Counted from the stretch's first letter, positions 37,096-51,169 are shown. The stretch: 64,000 nucleotides of DNA from Octopus sinensis (GCF_006345805.1 NC_043010.1:54250001-54314000); one strand, 5' to 3'. Notes: generated by a model not told the origin, from the letters alone. A program made the numbers and translations.

Positions 37096-39092
37096 TTGAA
37101 AATGGCAACTAGAAACCACGTGGCTAGCTCGCCAGTCATGCAGAACGGTAGCAAAACACTATTGCTACCACTAGCTGCTAAACATCGCAGCGTGAACACC
37201 GCTGTCACCACCATCACCACCACCACCACCAACAACAACAAAACTAACGTCGCATTCACCATCGCCGCGACGCAAAGACGTTAACTTAGATTTCCCCTCA
37301 CTCCCCACACCACTTGTTGATGATAAAGGGACGGAGAAAGGGATTTCAAAAATGAATACAAACGAAAACAAATGAAGCCCACACCATCACCACCAACACC
37401 AACACCAACAACAACGAAATTGGCACAAAGCCGCCTACCAAAGACAACACTGCCAACACCAACATCACTACTACGACGTCAAATGCTACATCTAAGCCTT
37501 CTGCTGCTAATACCGCCAACACCAACACCACTACCATGACTTCACCTGCCACAATTAACACTTCTACTGCCAAATTCAAAACGAATTTTGCGGACGTAAC
37601 AAAACAAAAAAGAACAATTGTAAAATTCACCACACAAGAAATAAACCGCACAAAGGCACTCTTCTCCAAAGAAGGAGACAAATTGCACCTTCACATTCCA
37701 CAACACATCGTGGAAAACACACAAAAAAAACAATAATTTATAAAGTAATAAACAAGAAAACAAGAAGAACAGAAAATGCACCGCAGGAAAAATCGAAAAA
37801 TGCCTTCGTCCTGCATGGGACTCCAAGGAATATATCAGTTGGGGAACAAATTTGGTACAGTCCAAGTACGTTTCCTCAACGAAGTTTAGCAAAACGTTTT
37901 TCCACATTGGAGCTGCATTCGGACGACTTGGTAATGATACCGGTCTATTTAAACAAAAGGGTCACGAAAGTCCAAATAAAAAACATACCACTTGAAGTCG
38001 AAACACAATGGTTGGTCTCTGCCATCTGCTTTGAAATGACAGAGACAATGTCAGAGACAAACATCCTTGAAATCTAGGAGAGAAAGACTATGTGGGCAAA
38101 TCAATCGAATTCCTGCTTCAATTGGATGAAGCAGCAAGAGAGAAGATACCCACCGTTATAGAACTGCCAGGAGGCTACAAACTCTATATAGTGGTAGAGG
38201 GCAGGCGACTACGCTGCTATTTGTGTGGAAGCGAAACACACTTGAAAAAGAGCGTGCCCCACCACTGCACACCAAGAGCAACAACAACAATCACTACCAC
38301 AACCAAAGCACTCCGGAAAAAAAGCTCTACTACCCACACCACCATCAACACAGAAGACGACAAGAGAAGCACACCAAGCTAATCCGTCATCAACCAAAAC
38401 CACTCAACACCTGAAAAAATACCAACACCACCAACAACAGCAAAACCCAAAGGAACAAAAAACAAAGAAAATACACACAAACTGATCCCCCATCCCTTAT
38501 ACCGCACTCAACACACACAAACACTCAACAACCAACAACAACGAAAACAACAACACAATCACTTACACAGACATACATAGAAGCCCACAACATACCCCTA
38601 CCCCCTACTGATTCCTCAGAAATTTCGTCGGAAGACGAAACCAGTGAGGGATGGCAAATAGCTACAAAAAGAAGGAAAATAATGAGCAGAAACACAACCA
38701 AACCAAATGCAAACACGAACAAAGCAGGGGGAAATACACCTCACGAAGACATTTCAAAACCCAACGCAAACAACAGTCACACCAACACCACAAAAATATA
38801 TACATCAAACATGCTCACAGCTATAGACACCAAAAACACAAATTTGATGGAATACATCCAATCAAAAACAAACATAACAGAAGATGATATAAAAACAAAC
38901 AATCACCCATACACAACACCACCAGACCACATCAAAATATTACACATCTCCAAAAGTCTGCACCACACACTCAAAGGCATTTTCCCCAGCGCGGTTGGTA
39001 AATGCCAAAAATATCTCACAAAGAAACTGTACTGGGATCTCCTCGAGGACAAACCAAAGGAGGAAAAGCAAAAACTTTCGAGCAGTAAGTAA
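37096..39092 (+). pseudogene. LINE ORF1 (gag-like), frameshifted
   Basis: T/N/K-rich segments. VVEGRRLRCYLCGSETHLKK is a CX2CX4H zinc knuckle typical of Tx1 ORF1. Broken over several ORFs. Confidence 0.75.
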
Positions 39093-39132
39093 CCCTCTGT
39101 TCCTTTCACTTGTATTCTAATTCATTAGGACT

Positions 39133-41560
39133 ATGATCAAGATTGGTTGTGTAAATGCGCGTGGCTTGGGGTCCCCTTGGAAACAAGGGTACCTCTTAAA
39201 TGACATAAGTCACATAAGTTAGAAATCATAGCCATAAGCGAGACCAGACTCCACAATCCGCGGGCCCTAAAGACCATGTTTGGCGGACAGTTCAACATTT
39301 ATTTTTCCCCCTGTCTGCCGAGAATGGGCGGCAGTGGCACCGCGGTACTTTTTCACAAGAGTCTGGATCTCAATGTAAGGACAATATTCGTAGACCCGGA
39401 GGGTAGACTGGTCGTCCTGGATGTCGACGGCAGCAATGTGCGCTTTTCGACTCGTATCAGTTTACGCACCGCCCTTAACAGGTCGGGCGGATTCTTTCAA
39501 CGTCTAGAAGTTTTCTTGGAACGTCTCGTCCTTTACTCTTAGTGGGGGATTGGAATGCTACCTTGGACACGCATGTAGACTACGTGGGTAGAGATAGGAA
39601 TAGACGGGGATGCAAATGCCTCAGAGACCTGCTCAGACGCTTTCAACTGTCTGACAGGTTCCGACTAGACCACCCGAATGCGCCAACGTGGACATGGAGC
39701 AACCGCATCGGGTCGTCGAGATCGTATCTAGATAGGATACTGTGTAGGACAGTAGACAGAGATAGCATAGGATGTCCACAATTCCACATAGTCAGCTACA
39801 CGGATCACAAACTTGTGGCATGTACGCTAGACTTAGGTAAGACACTTAGGCAGGGTCCCGGATACTGGAAACTAAACGCGTCTTTCCCATCGAGACAGGT
39901 TTTCAGAGACCGGATTAGCACACTAGTAAAGAGGGCTTTGACGGGAGCCATCATCAACAACAACTGGTGGTTTGCCCTCAAGAGAGCAGTAAAAGCAGAA
40001 GCGATTAGGTACAGCAAAGCACTAGCCATAGATAGAAATAGAGTAGAGGGTGAGCTAGTTAAGAAGCTAGAAGAGGCAATTAGAAGCGGCATCGCATCCG
40101 ACGTTTTGGCGGCGAGGTTGGCCCTCGACCAACACTTCAACGCCAAACACGAAGGATGTGCTGTCAGAGCTAGGATGCGTGCTCTAAGGAACGAAGGTGT
40201 TGGAGCCGCGAGAGAGGCCCGGGTGGCAGAGGCGCAACAGGGCAACAAAGCCACCATTCGGTCCCTGGTAGATGAACAGGGGCGCGAATTGCTCGAGCCA
40301 AGTAAAATGTGTGAGGCCTTTCAGCAGCATTTTGCCCGACTGTTCGGAACGAGTGGAGGGCAAGAACGTAGGGTGACTTCAGGGCCTACCTACATAGCCT
40401 ACCACGACTCTCGACAAGAAAGGCAGGGTGCTGCGAAGGTGCCATCACGGCGGCGGAAGTGCAGGAAGCAATGGCAGAATGCTCGAGGGACAAATCACCG
40501 GGTTTGGATGGTCTACCCTACGAGCTTTACAATTGTATGCCAGACTTGTTTGGAGATCTCTTGGCGGCGGTGTACTGCAACTGGCAGCAAAACGGGAGCA
40601 TTCCTGGTTTTGTGAGCCGAGGAGCCGTAACACTGCTGAAGAAAGATCTAAACAAGGGAAATGTAATAGATAGCTTTAGGCCCATCACTCTGCTTAATGC
40701 AGACTTGAAAATTTTGGCCAAGGTGCTAGCCAAGAGGTTGGCGCTTATCATCGAGAAACTGGTCGACAAGGCGCAAACATGCGCCGTGCCAGGCCGGACC
40801 ATCCATGACAACCTCCACCTGATGCGCTACATCATAGACAGGGTAGTTAACGAACCTGGCATGGGTGGGGCGCTGATCAATTTGGATCAATCGAAAGCTT
40901 TCGATAGGGTGGACCATCGATACTTGGAGGCGGTCCTCGGAGCGGCTGGCTTCGGCCCCGTCTTCCGCGGCTGGATAGCCGCTTTGTACAGAGGCATCCG
41001 TTCGGTAATTCGCGTGAATGAGGACGACTTTCGGGCCAGGGCCCATGAACAACTTCCAGAGATCCCTGGCCTGGCAGTGCTACCGAGAACCGCTACCCGT
41101 TCGGGATAAGCTCTACATACACGGCTCGAGAAACACGGGGCCGACCTGCCCGAGATGCGGTCAGATTGACGAAACCGTTCTGCACGCAAAGTGTCCAACA
41201 ATTTCCGACCTGTGGGCTTATGTCGAACAACTGCTGTCACGTGTGGGACGAGTCGGTTTATCAGCTGAGTCTATCGTCAATATTGTCACGCCTCCTTCCT
41301 TCAAACGGGAAGGAAGAGCTATTTTCATCATCCTTGTGGCTATGGCGAAAGAAAGTATCTGGTGGACGCGTCTGAAAGGATTGGAGACAAACACTTTCCT
41401 CTCTGGTCAATCTCTCATCAACTTCTTCAAGTACCACTTGAAAAGGAAAGTGAGAGTAGAGAGGCATGTTTTGTCTAGCGAATGTTTTAAAAAAAGATGG
41501 GTGAATGTAGCAAGAATGGCACGTATGAATGACGAAGCCACCTTGAGCATAATCCTATGA
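39133..41560 (+). pseudogene. LINE ORF2 (APE endonuclease, truncated reverse transcriptase, C-terminal Zn finger)
   Basis: APE motifs NARGL, ISETRL, GDWN, YLDRI, TDH. RT motifs KSPGLDG, FRPITLLNADLKILAK, LDQSKAFDRV. C-terminal CPRCGQIDETVLH..C. QG.PLSP and YADD motifs absent; several frameshifts. Confidence 0.92.
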
Positions 41561-41931
41561 ACCCAGAAATTGAAAACAGAGAGTTGCTTATTCGCAAAAA
41601 AAAAAAAAAAAAAAGAAATATAACATGTGACTCCATTGACCGAGGTTACCGTGGTCTTTTCCGTAGGCTTTTCTTTCCACGGGTAAACCTCACCTGTCCT
41701 CCCCTTTACACTTCATATTGACATTTCTGTGATAACGATCCCTATTGATCAAATTTTTTTTTCTTCTCCCCCTTTTTTTTAAACCCCCTTTTTTTGTCCT
41801 CTTTCTCTCCTTTTACGATCCCTTTTGATCGAAACTCCCCCTTCCTTTTTTTTTTTAAACCTTCAAAAGAAAAGCTCTACCTTGTAATTTGTTCTATCTG
41901 TGTGCAGCCCTGTGTGGCTAATAAAGAAACA

Positions 41932-41967
<36 letters not shown>

Positions 41968-41991
41968 ACTCTCTCTCTCTATATATATAAA

Positions 41992-42108
<117 letters not shown>

Positions 42109-42109
42109 A

Positions 42110-42332
42110 TATTAGAAGAAATGAGGTACTCAGAAATTCGGATGATTTTATATTTACAGATATTTGTATATTACATGTTTTTATACATCATATAACTAAA
42201 AACTCCACTAGAATGAACGAAAGCACTATTATGTATAATATATAAGATATATGATGTATAAAAATATGTAATATACAAATATCTGTAAATATAAAACCAT
42301 CCGAATTTCAGAGTACCTCATTTCTTCTAATA
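42110..42332. repeat. Fold-back, 85-bp near-perfect arms, 53-nt spacer
   Basis: 42110-42194 vs the reverse complement of 42248-42332. Confidence 0.92.
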
Positions 42333-42409
42333 TTTCTTCTACATCATCTCCAAACGTTCTAATATATATATATACGAGAAGAGTGAATAATTGGGAATAA
42401 ATCACAAGT

Positions 42410-42750
42410 AGTATCTTTTACTTTTGAAAGGCAGTTTTCAACACAATTTCTAGTTAACTAAACACTTTTAGAATGTGTCAAAATAAAACATTTTTTTTCT
42501 CTTGGCTTTCTTGAAAAAATTGTAAGTTGTAAGTTTAACGTAGTTTAATTTTTCGAATTTTAACCAATCCTATGGGCTCTATTGAGCTAAAATCACTTGC
42601 TGCATCTAAAACAGACAACATCCTGTCACTAACCCTAACCCTCACCCTAACCCTAACCCTAACACTAAACCTAAATTTTAGTCTTTCGTTTTTTTTCTTA
42701 ATTGTTAAATTAATTTAAGTATAACAATTAAGAAAAAAAACGAAAGGCTG
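42410..42750. mobile_element. MITE-related fragment with (TAACCC)n tract and a 28-bp hairpin
   Basis: Start (agtatcttttacttttgaaaggcag) resembles the TIR of 43366. Telomere-like repeats at 42629-42675; inverted repeat at 42680-42749. Confidence 0.55.
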
Positions 42751-43012
42751 AAACGAAAGCAATGGAAAATAATTTTATATATATATAAATGTATATATAT
42801 ACCTATATACACAGATATATATGTGTGTGTACGTATGCATGCGTTTGTGTGTGTGTGTGTGAGGGGCTTATCGTGATACCCTTGAATGGTGAACTTTTCA
42901 GTACTTTTCAGTACTTTTCAGTACTTTTCGTATATTGTCATGGTTCTGAGCTGAAGATATCATGGATTTCCGAAATTTTTAAACGATCCACACACACGCA
43001 CATGTGAATATA

Positions 43013-43344
43013 TACTCTTTACTTGTTTCAGCCATCTGACTGCGGCCATGCTGGAGCACCGCCTTTAGTCGAGCAAATCGACCCCGGGAATTATTCTTTG
43101 TAAGCCCGGTACTTATTTTATCGGTCTGTTTTGCCGAACCGCTAAGTGACGGGGACGTCAACACACCAGCATCGGTTGTCAAGCAACGCTAAGGGGACAA
43201 ACACAGACACACAAACACACACACACATACATATATATATACATATATACGACAGGCTTCTTTCAGTTTCCGTCTACCAAATCCACTCACAAGGCATTGG
43301 TCGGCCCGGGGCTATAGCAGAAGACACTTGCCCAAGATGCCACG
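43013..43344 (-). mobile_element. SINE family A (5'-truncated)
   Basis: Reverse complement of the family A consensus. Confidence 0.9.
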
Positions 43345-43365
43345 TTTTCTAACTATTCGTGCCTC

Positions 43366-43793
43366 GGATCTTTTCGGTTTGACCGGCGGCTTTTTAAAAT
43401 AATTTCTACGTAACTAAACACTTTTAAACTTCGTATACTGGTAGAATGTCTTTATAAAACAACTTTTTTCTCTGGGCTTTATTGAGAAAATTCTATAGTT
43501 TGTAAGATATTTGTTGTTTTTTTACTTCAATTTCTGCAATTTCAACCAATAAATGACGTCTATTGAGGTGAAAACATTCTGTGCCGTATGAATATGTCCC
43601 TCGTTTAAGAAACAGATTGGGTTTATTTACATTTCTGAAGAAAAAAAAGATATCCTTCCTCCACCCCTAACCCTAACTAATCCTAACCCTAAAACAGATT
43701 GAAATGCAATAGATCGATACTAGAGTCATAATTATGGGTGACAATTTCATATGACACAGCTAGAAAAAACTGCCGTTCAAACCGAAAAGATCC
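43366..43793. mobile_element. MITE with ~24-bp TIRs (GGATCTTTTCGGTTTGA...), 8-bp TSD; Merlin- or Mutator-like
   Basis: TIRs ggatcttttcggtttgaccggc and gccgttcaaaccgaaaagatcc. Flanks cgtgcctc (43358-43365) and catgcctc (43794-43801). Confidence 0.85.
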
Positions 43794-44240
43794 CATGCCT
43801 CTTGCAAATTGTGTAACTGTGTATCAAAAGGAATATTTCGGTTCATGAAAACAGGGCGTCTTTTTTCTCCCTCTACAAAGAACGTCTAGGCATATGCAAA
43901 TATAGGCATAGTCGCATACGTAATTATAAAAAAAGATTATACCCTTAAAAATAAACATACATACTTCTTTAAATATATATAACTGTACAAGGGTGTACTT
44001 ACATAAGTATTCGTATATATACTTTCTCTTAGGTTCAGCCTAATGACTGCGGCCATGCTGGGGAACCGTCGTTTATTTTGCTACACTTTTACTAAAGCCC
44101 TTAAGAAAAAGAAAACAGTCAACATATCGGACAATGATTTATTAACGCTTTCGTTCGTTTAAAGCATTATCCCAAATCCTGACAGCCTCTTTGTATTAAT
44201 ATACAATATCTGTCCCCCATTTCAAACACCATATACACAT

Positions 44241-44629
44241 AGGCGCAGGAGTGGCTGTGTGGTAAGTAGCTTGCTAACCAACCACATGGTTCCGGTTTCA
44301 GTCCCACTGCGTGGCATCTTGGGCGAGTGTCTTCTGCTATAACCCTGGGCCGACCAATGCCTTGTGAGTGGATTTGGTAGACGGAAACTGAAAGAAGCCC
44401 GTCGTATTATATATTATATGTGTTTGTGTGTCTGTGTTTGTCCCCCTAGCATTGCTTGACAACCGATGCTGGTGTGTTGACGTCCCCGTCACTTAGCGGT
44501 TCGGCAAAAGAGACCGATAGAATAAGTACTGGGCTTACAAAGAATAAGTCCCGGGGTCGATTTGCTCGACTAAAGGCGGTGCTCCAGCATGGCCGCAGTT
44601 AAATGACTGAAACAAGTAAAAGAGTAAAA
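44241..44629 (+). mobile_element. Full-length SINE family A
   Basis: Head ggcgcaggagtggctgtgtggtaag (A-box-like), B-box-like gtttcagtccc, tail aagtaaaagagtaaaa. Confidence 0.92.
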
Positions 44630-44644
44630 CAGTATATGCGTGTG

Positions 44645-44690
<46 letters not shown>

Positions 44691-45101
44691 CATACATACA
44701 TACATACAGAGAAACAGAGGACAGACTGACGGAAAGAGAAGGAAAGTTGAAAGCATAATTGTTACGTATGAAGCGTATGTGAGTATATTTCATACTATGT
44801 TCTCCAGCAGTAAATCGAGCTTACGGCTTTGTAATAAATTTATTGATTCATATTTATTTCTGTTGGAATGTCATTTTTAGTGTTATATCAAACACTGCTT
44901 TGTGCAAAATACATTTCTGTGAACGATATTGTTAACAATGATATTTGTGGCATATGTTTTTTTTTTTCACTCATTCCTTATTTTAACGTATTTAATATGC
45001 AGAAGTTAAACGTTTACGTTCACATACATACAGGCATTTGTATGAAAATACACACATATAAATATATAACTGTATATATTTATATACTTATATATGTATG
45101 G

Positions 45102-45145
<44 letters not shown>

Positions 45146-45462
45146 TATATATTTATTTATTTATTTATTTCTATATATATATATATACATATATATATAA
45201 TATACATATATACACACATATATATATTATATATACGTATCTATTTATTTATTTATATATATTACATATATATATATATAACATATATACATATATATAT
45301 ATACATATATATATGTATACAATATATATAATATATAATATATACATATATATATGTATACATATATATATATACATATATATATATGTATACATATATA
45401 TATATATGTATTGGATTAAGTCTTTCTTTGTTTGATTTGCAAAATAGTGGTTTTGTCTCTAA

Positions 45463-45510
<48 letters not shown>

Positions 45511-45545
45511 TATATACATACATACATACATATACATATACATAC

Positions 45546-45595
<50 letters not shown>

Positions 45596-46401
45596 AGTAT
45601 ATAGTATGAGCATGTATGTGTATATACTATATATAACATGTATATATATATCATTTATATGTATATATGATATATACATGCATACATATATGTGAGTGTT
45701 TGCATATATGAATACATTATTCAGCTTAAACTTGACAGAAACAATAAACGCATAAACGGCATTCATGTCGTCCTCTTTGTTTATATATTTTTCATATATA
45801 CATATATATTCCTAAATGTATATTTGAATATATTGTTACGTACTTAGGAGTGTATATACGTTTGTGAACGCGCCTTTTTACCTGAGTGTGTGTGATTGTT
45901 GTACGTGTGCTTTTTATATGTGAATGCTTTATGTCTGTAAATTCAGAAATATTTATCACTTAATTCTTTAGTTTCCTCACAGGTTCGTACATTATGTACA
46001 ATTTATATATAAATGAATAAATATATAGATATATGTGTGTGTGTGTGTGTAGGCGTAATACATGAATATATATTTACGTATGTTGCACTATTCATATAAA
46101 CAATGTTAACGCCAAGAGGAAAGTTATTAGTCGCGTATACAATCAATACATACATCGGTTACACGTTACATATATCATATCCAGTAAAGTGTCACATATG
46201 TTGGGGAAATAGCTAGAAATACGTTGAAATAATGATCAATATCACAAGTATTCAACTATATGTTTACACATGTTGAAATGCCTATGTGTTATTTATGACC
46301 GTGTCTTCTCACGCTGAAATTTTATGCTTATCTAAGTGGCGATATAGTTTCCTCATGTATTTGAATAATATTATACATTTACTCATGTATCTTTGTATAT
46401 T

Positions 46402-46462
<61 letters not shown>

Positions 46463-46652
46463 CATGTATGTGTGTGTGTGTGTGTAGGCGTAATATATAT
46501 GTATGCGTTAGTGCATGTGGTTGTGATGGTGTTTTGAAGCACTAATGAAAGATGAAAGCCTCTTTCAATACGACGTACACTCTTATGTTCAGAGTAAAAT
46601 GTAGTTTACAATATAACCTAGTTATAAGATTTACGTGCGTAGAAATGCACAC

Positions 46653-46697
<45 letters not shown>

Positions 46698-46899
46698 TGA
46701 AAGTGTGTGAGCGTGTGAATGGTGTGTGTTTGTGTGTATGTATTAGTGTGTAAATATGTATACACACATATATGTGTAAATACATATTATATATATATTA
46801 GTTATATATATAAATGTATATATATGTATGTATGCATATATGTATGTATATATATATATATATTATATATATTTATATATATATATTAATGTATATTCA

Positions 46900-46951
<52 letters not shown>

Positions 46952-48079
46952 AGATATACATATAAAACAGAGAGAGACAGAGGCAGAGAGAAACAGTTTC
47001 TACGATCACTACAGATATTGTATAAATATGTGTGTGAGTGGTTGTGTGAGTGTGTGCGCGCGCCTGTGTATGTAATTTTTGTGAACATTCTATAAACCAA
47101 GCTGTGGGATCTTAAATAACGTGTTTCATACTAAGGGAGATATAAAGTTAAATACAATGTTTGTTAATAACTAACTGCACGCTATATAGTACATTTCTGT
47201 TTCGACAGTTATACTCCTTTCAATACAACTTCTATTTCAACCATCTAAAGGTCGAAATCTAACAAGAGCGCTGTGTATTATGTTATAAAGAAGCACAAAA
47301 TGATACCGATTCCATCTGTAGCACCTTTTATATAGTGACACATTGCATTAGCACTTTATATCTTTATATATTTGCAATTTAGTTTCTCCGGGCTGATATA
47401 ATAGGTATTCTTTAATCCTGTTCAGTCTTTTGAATCCCAACGATATATTTGGAGCAGTGTGTCCTAAACATTTCTTTAATTGAAGGAAATTGACTTTAAT
47501 TATTTAGTGGGGACAGTTCTGATATTTTTTACTGATAGATTTTTTCCAGTAAATCTAAGGTTCAATCTTCTCAAAGATCGTGTGATATTCTAGCCAAATA
47601 AATATTATACAATGAGTATACATGAACATGAAAATGTTAGTTATTTGTTTTGATGCTGTTGTTTATCAAGAAGGGAGTTCATCTAAAATAGAATGACAAT
47701 CGTCACATTACTCATACAATGATATGATTATTGTTATCGAATAATTTCTTCATATAAAATATGCTTCACAACTCTAGCATGTTTTACGACTTCCTTGTAG
47801 GCAACTGATCTATGTATTTCTTAAATGTGTTAATAAAAGAAGGTACTTCTCGTGCAAGGAGCAGTCAAGAGACCTATAAATACGGCGTCACGAGTGTCAC
47901 CAGCAATTTTTTATGCACATCAGTAGTGTACAGAGAACGTGTTTGCATTTTTTATATGATTCACAATGAAAGTGTATATAATAGCAATTCATTGCAAATG
48001 TGTTTCTGATTATCTGATATGCGATATGTTGTGAATACACATTCAGAAAACACACATACAGACACACAAACACACACAG

Positions 48080-48112
<33 letters not shown>

Positions 48113-48251
48113 GAGAGAGAATATATAATGAGTTTCCGGCAACTGACGTAAAGAAATGTGTATATAGTACGAGTGTTCGGTTTAGCTTGCCACTAAAACT
48201 CCAGTTCCACCAGCAACAGACTTGGTGTTGAGACCGCCTATCAGAAGAGGC

Positions 48252-48313
<62 letters not shown>

Positions 48314-48318
<5 letters not shown>

Positions 48319-48440
48319 CGTAGGCGTGGCTGCGTTGTAAGTCGCTTGCTTCCCAACCACATGACTCTACAAGTGCCCTCTAGTATAGCTTCGGGCCAAC
48401 CAAAGCCATGTGAGTAGATTTGATAGGTGGAAATTGAAAA
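48314..48440 (+). mobile_element. SINE family A 5' fragment with deletion
   Basis: ggcgtggctgcgttgtaagtcgcttgcttcccaaccacatg...gggccaaccaaagccatgtgagtagatttg. Confidence 0.7.
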
Positions 48441-48883
48441 TATCTCGTCGAATATATATATAATATATATATACATACACACTATCAATCGAATTATACT
48501 AACTAAATATATATATATATTATATATATATATATGTTTGTGTGTGTGTGTATGTATGTTTATATGGAAGGGTGTATGCGTTGTATCTTGCATGTTTCTA
48601 GCCCTGAAAAATAGCAGTTCCGTAAGAGATAATGATGGAAGAAGTACTGAAATTCTACGCTAAAAAACAAACCGCCAAAATGATGCTCCGGCATGTCCAG
48701 AGTCCAATGACTGGAACGATTAAAAAGTAAGTAAAATACGTATATAATGTGTAGGTGACGGAGAGAGAGAGAGAGAGAGAGGAAATGTGAATGTGAGTCT
48801 CCGTCTTACGTATACATGTATGTATGCAGACGTATCTCATTTCTTGCATTTATGCATATATATATATATATATACATATATAT

Positions 48884-48942
<59 letters not shown>

Positions 48943-51169
48943 CACACACTATCAATCGAATTCTACCAACGGATGGTCACATGTCACATCCAATTCGTGC
49001 ATTCCTTTAGGTACTTACTTCTCGTACTGCTTTATAGACGCCATATTTCACCCAAGACACACATTTAGAATGATGTCCTTTAAACGATAATTAAATACAT
49101 ACATGATCGTACATATTCTAGGGCATCTCACAGAATCTATTTAATTGGTTGGACATGTTATGTTTATTTCCGCTGGAATATTAATAGGTCTCTAAATGCC
49201 ATGCAGTAAAGCATCGGAATTTATCAAGGAGTAATGGTAATGTATTATGACATATATTCCGTGGTTTCTTAATTAGATCTTTCATATATGCAAAACACTT
49301 TTGGCGAAGTGCTGTTGCGGCTGTAAAGATGTAAATTCGATAGATTCGTTTGCAAGCGGAAGAAGCAAACGATGTAAGTATTTGGGTAATAAACCGAATC
49401 ATGTTGATTGGCAGTTGTAAAAATATAACACGAAACACAATAATTATCATAATTCTTCCAATGTTTGCCATACCAGCAGTCTTACATCATCATAAAGAAT
49501 TATTATAATTCTTCCTCAGTTTGGCATAACAACAGCGTTGCATCAACTCCAGGATTCATCTGACATTTTATTTTAATCACCATGAAAGGAAGGCAAATTT
49601 GATCTCGCACAATGAAAAGCCACAAAAGCTGTCGCAGAATAACAAAAATACTGTCAGGAGTATTATTGAGCAGTCATTCAATGCAACGATATGGATAAGG
49701 TTTCCCTCATGTTGCCAGTAATGACCCCGGAATCCGGATTTAAACGTCTTAAGATCAATGGCTTTTTCCGTCATATATAATATCGATTTTCCTGAAAAAG
49801 AAAGATGTGTTACACAATGCGCGAAATCTCTAGGTGTTTGATCGCCCAATGTTTTTTTACATGGAGCGCTGAATCATGTAACAATATGCCTATTCAGTTA
49901 TTTCTTAATCAGTATTGAAGACATTCGATTTAGACTCCATACTGTAGTGATGGAAGCAATTTAAAAAGAAATGAGGAGCTTTAAACTGAAGTGGGTTTTT
50001 TATGCTTCGTTGGGCACGTATATATATGCGTGTTTGCGTGTGTGTGCATAAGCATTTGTGTGCGCGCATGTTTCTGTAATATTCAAAATATACTGAACCA
50101 CATGAACAAATGAGTCTTCTGTCGGTTTTTACACTTAGTTCTTCTACTGCTTATTAGAATGACGAGAATTCCCGAATATGTTGCCTGTCTATTTAAACAT
50201 ATAACCTGAAACATCGTACATTTCTACGCTTCACGATAACCAAAATTATTGGCAACTACAACTGCTTTCAAATATACTTACTGTTACAGGATTTAGCTAC
50301 CATTGAAATTTGAACCCGAATGTTTACGTCCTACACCCAAAAAATGCGCGAGTAACAGCATTACTATATTTAGCAAAACAGAACGATGATAATTTTTACG
50401 GTGAGCTGGCAGAAACGTTAGCACGCCGGGTGAAATGCTTAGCTGTATTTCGTCTGCCGTTACAACATTTCTGTGGTTGATATGTTCTTGGGTAACCAGA
50501 AGACTGGCCAAAGCGTCTTACCTTGTGTACATTGTGAGAATGACTTGGAAGACCCTTAATACTCATGTATCATATCCGGCCATTTCATGATCACTTTTAA
50601 CATATTGCGTAATTCGCAGTTTTAAAAGAGTTCTCGGAACAAGAAAAAGTCAATATTAGCTGGGCGATTAATTCGAGGCAAAACGGATAGAAGAGAGAAT
50701 ATTTATTAAATTTTAATGCAGGAAATAAGTGAACAGTGAGTGTCCAGAAAAGCATAACATTCTTTTGCAATTTGCATGCCTAACACAGCTGACAGTTGTG
50801 ATATACAGCTGAGATTTGCGCAAGATAAGCTGCTTCCAGGAATATTTTGATAGCATTTTCGATATAATGGCGTTCCCTCAAGATCTCAAGAATATGATGT
50901 GTCAGATAATGCAGTAACTGTCCTGACTAAAATTTTATCTTAAAATAAAACTCATAGGTTTTCTTCATGCAAACATACAAACAAAAATTTGGTAAATTGA
51001 GGGGCGTTACAAATTAGCATTAACAATGCAATTTTCATAATCATTATATACTGTATACACTTCCAATAACAGCATTATATGTGCTTAATAGTTAGTTGGT
51101 GACAAAATAGATTTCAGCAGAAATTGTTCCACCTGTATGTGATGAATATAATTTCAAATTTCTTTACAT

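Larger units (their letters stand above)
36892..41930 (+). mobile_element. Tx1/L1-clade non-LTR retrotransposon, both ends present, internally deleted, flanked by (TATC)n
   Basis: ORF1 with CCHC knuckle and ORF2 with APE, partial RT and C-terminal Zn motif. AATAAA at 41920. (TATC)n at 36820-36891 and 41931-41967. Confidence 0.92.

Noticed and set aside
41596-41614. Poly(A) as the LINE 3' end
   Set aside because: Non-repetitive sequence continues ~300 bp to AATAAA and the (ATCT)n tract, and no TSD flanks this A-run.
49577-49849. Possible Tc1 transposase C-terminus (PRNPDLN resembling SPDLNP)
   Set aside because: Single weak motif with no TIR or further support.
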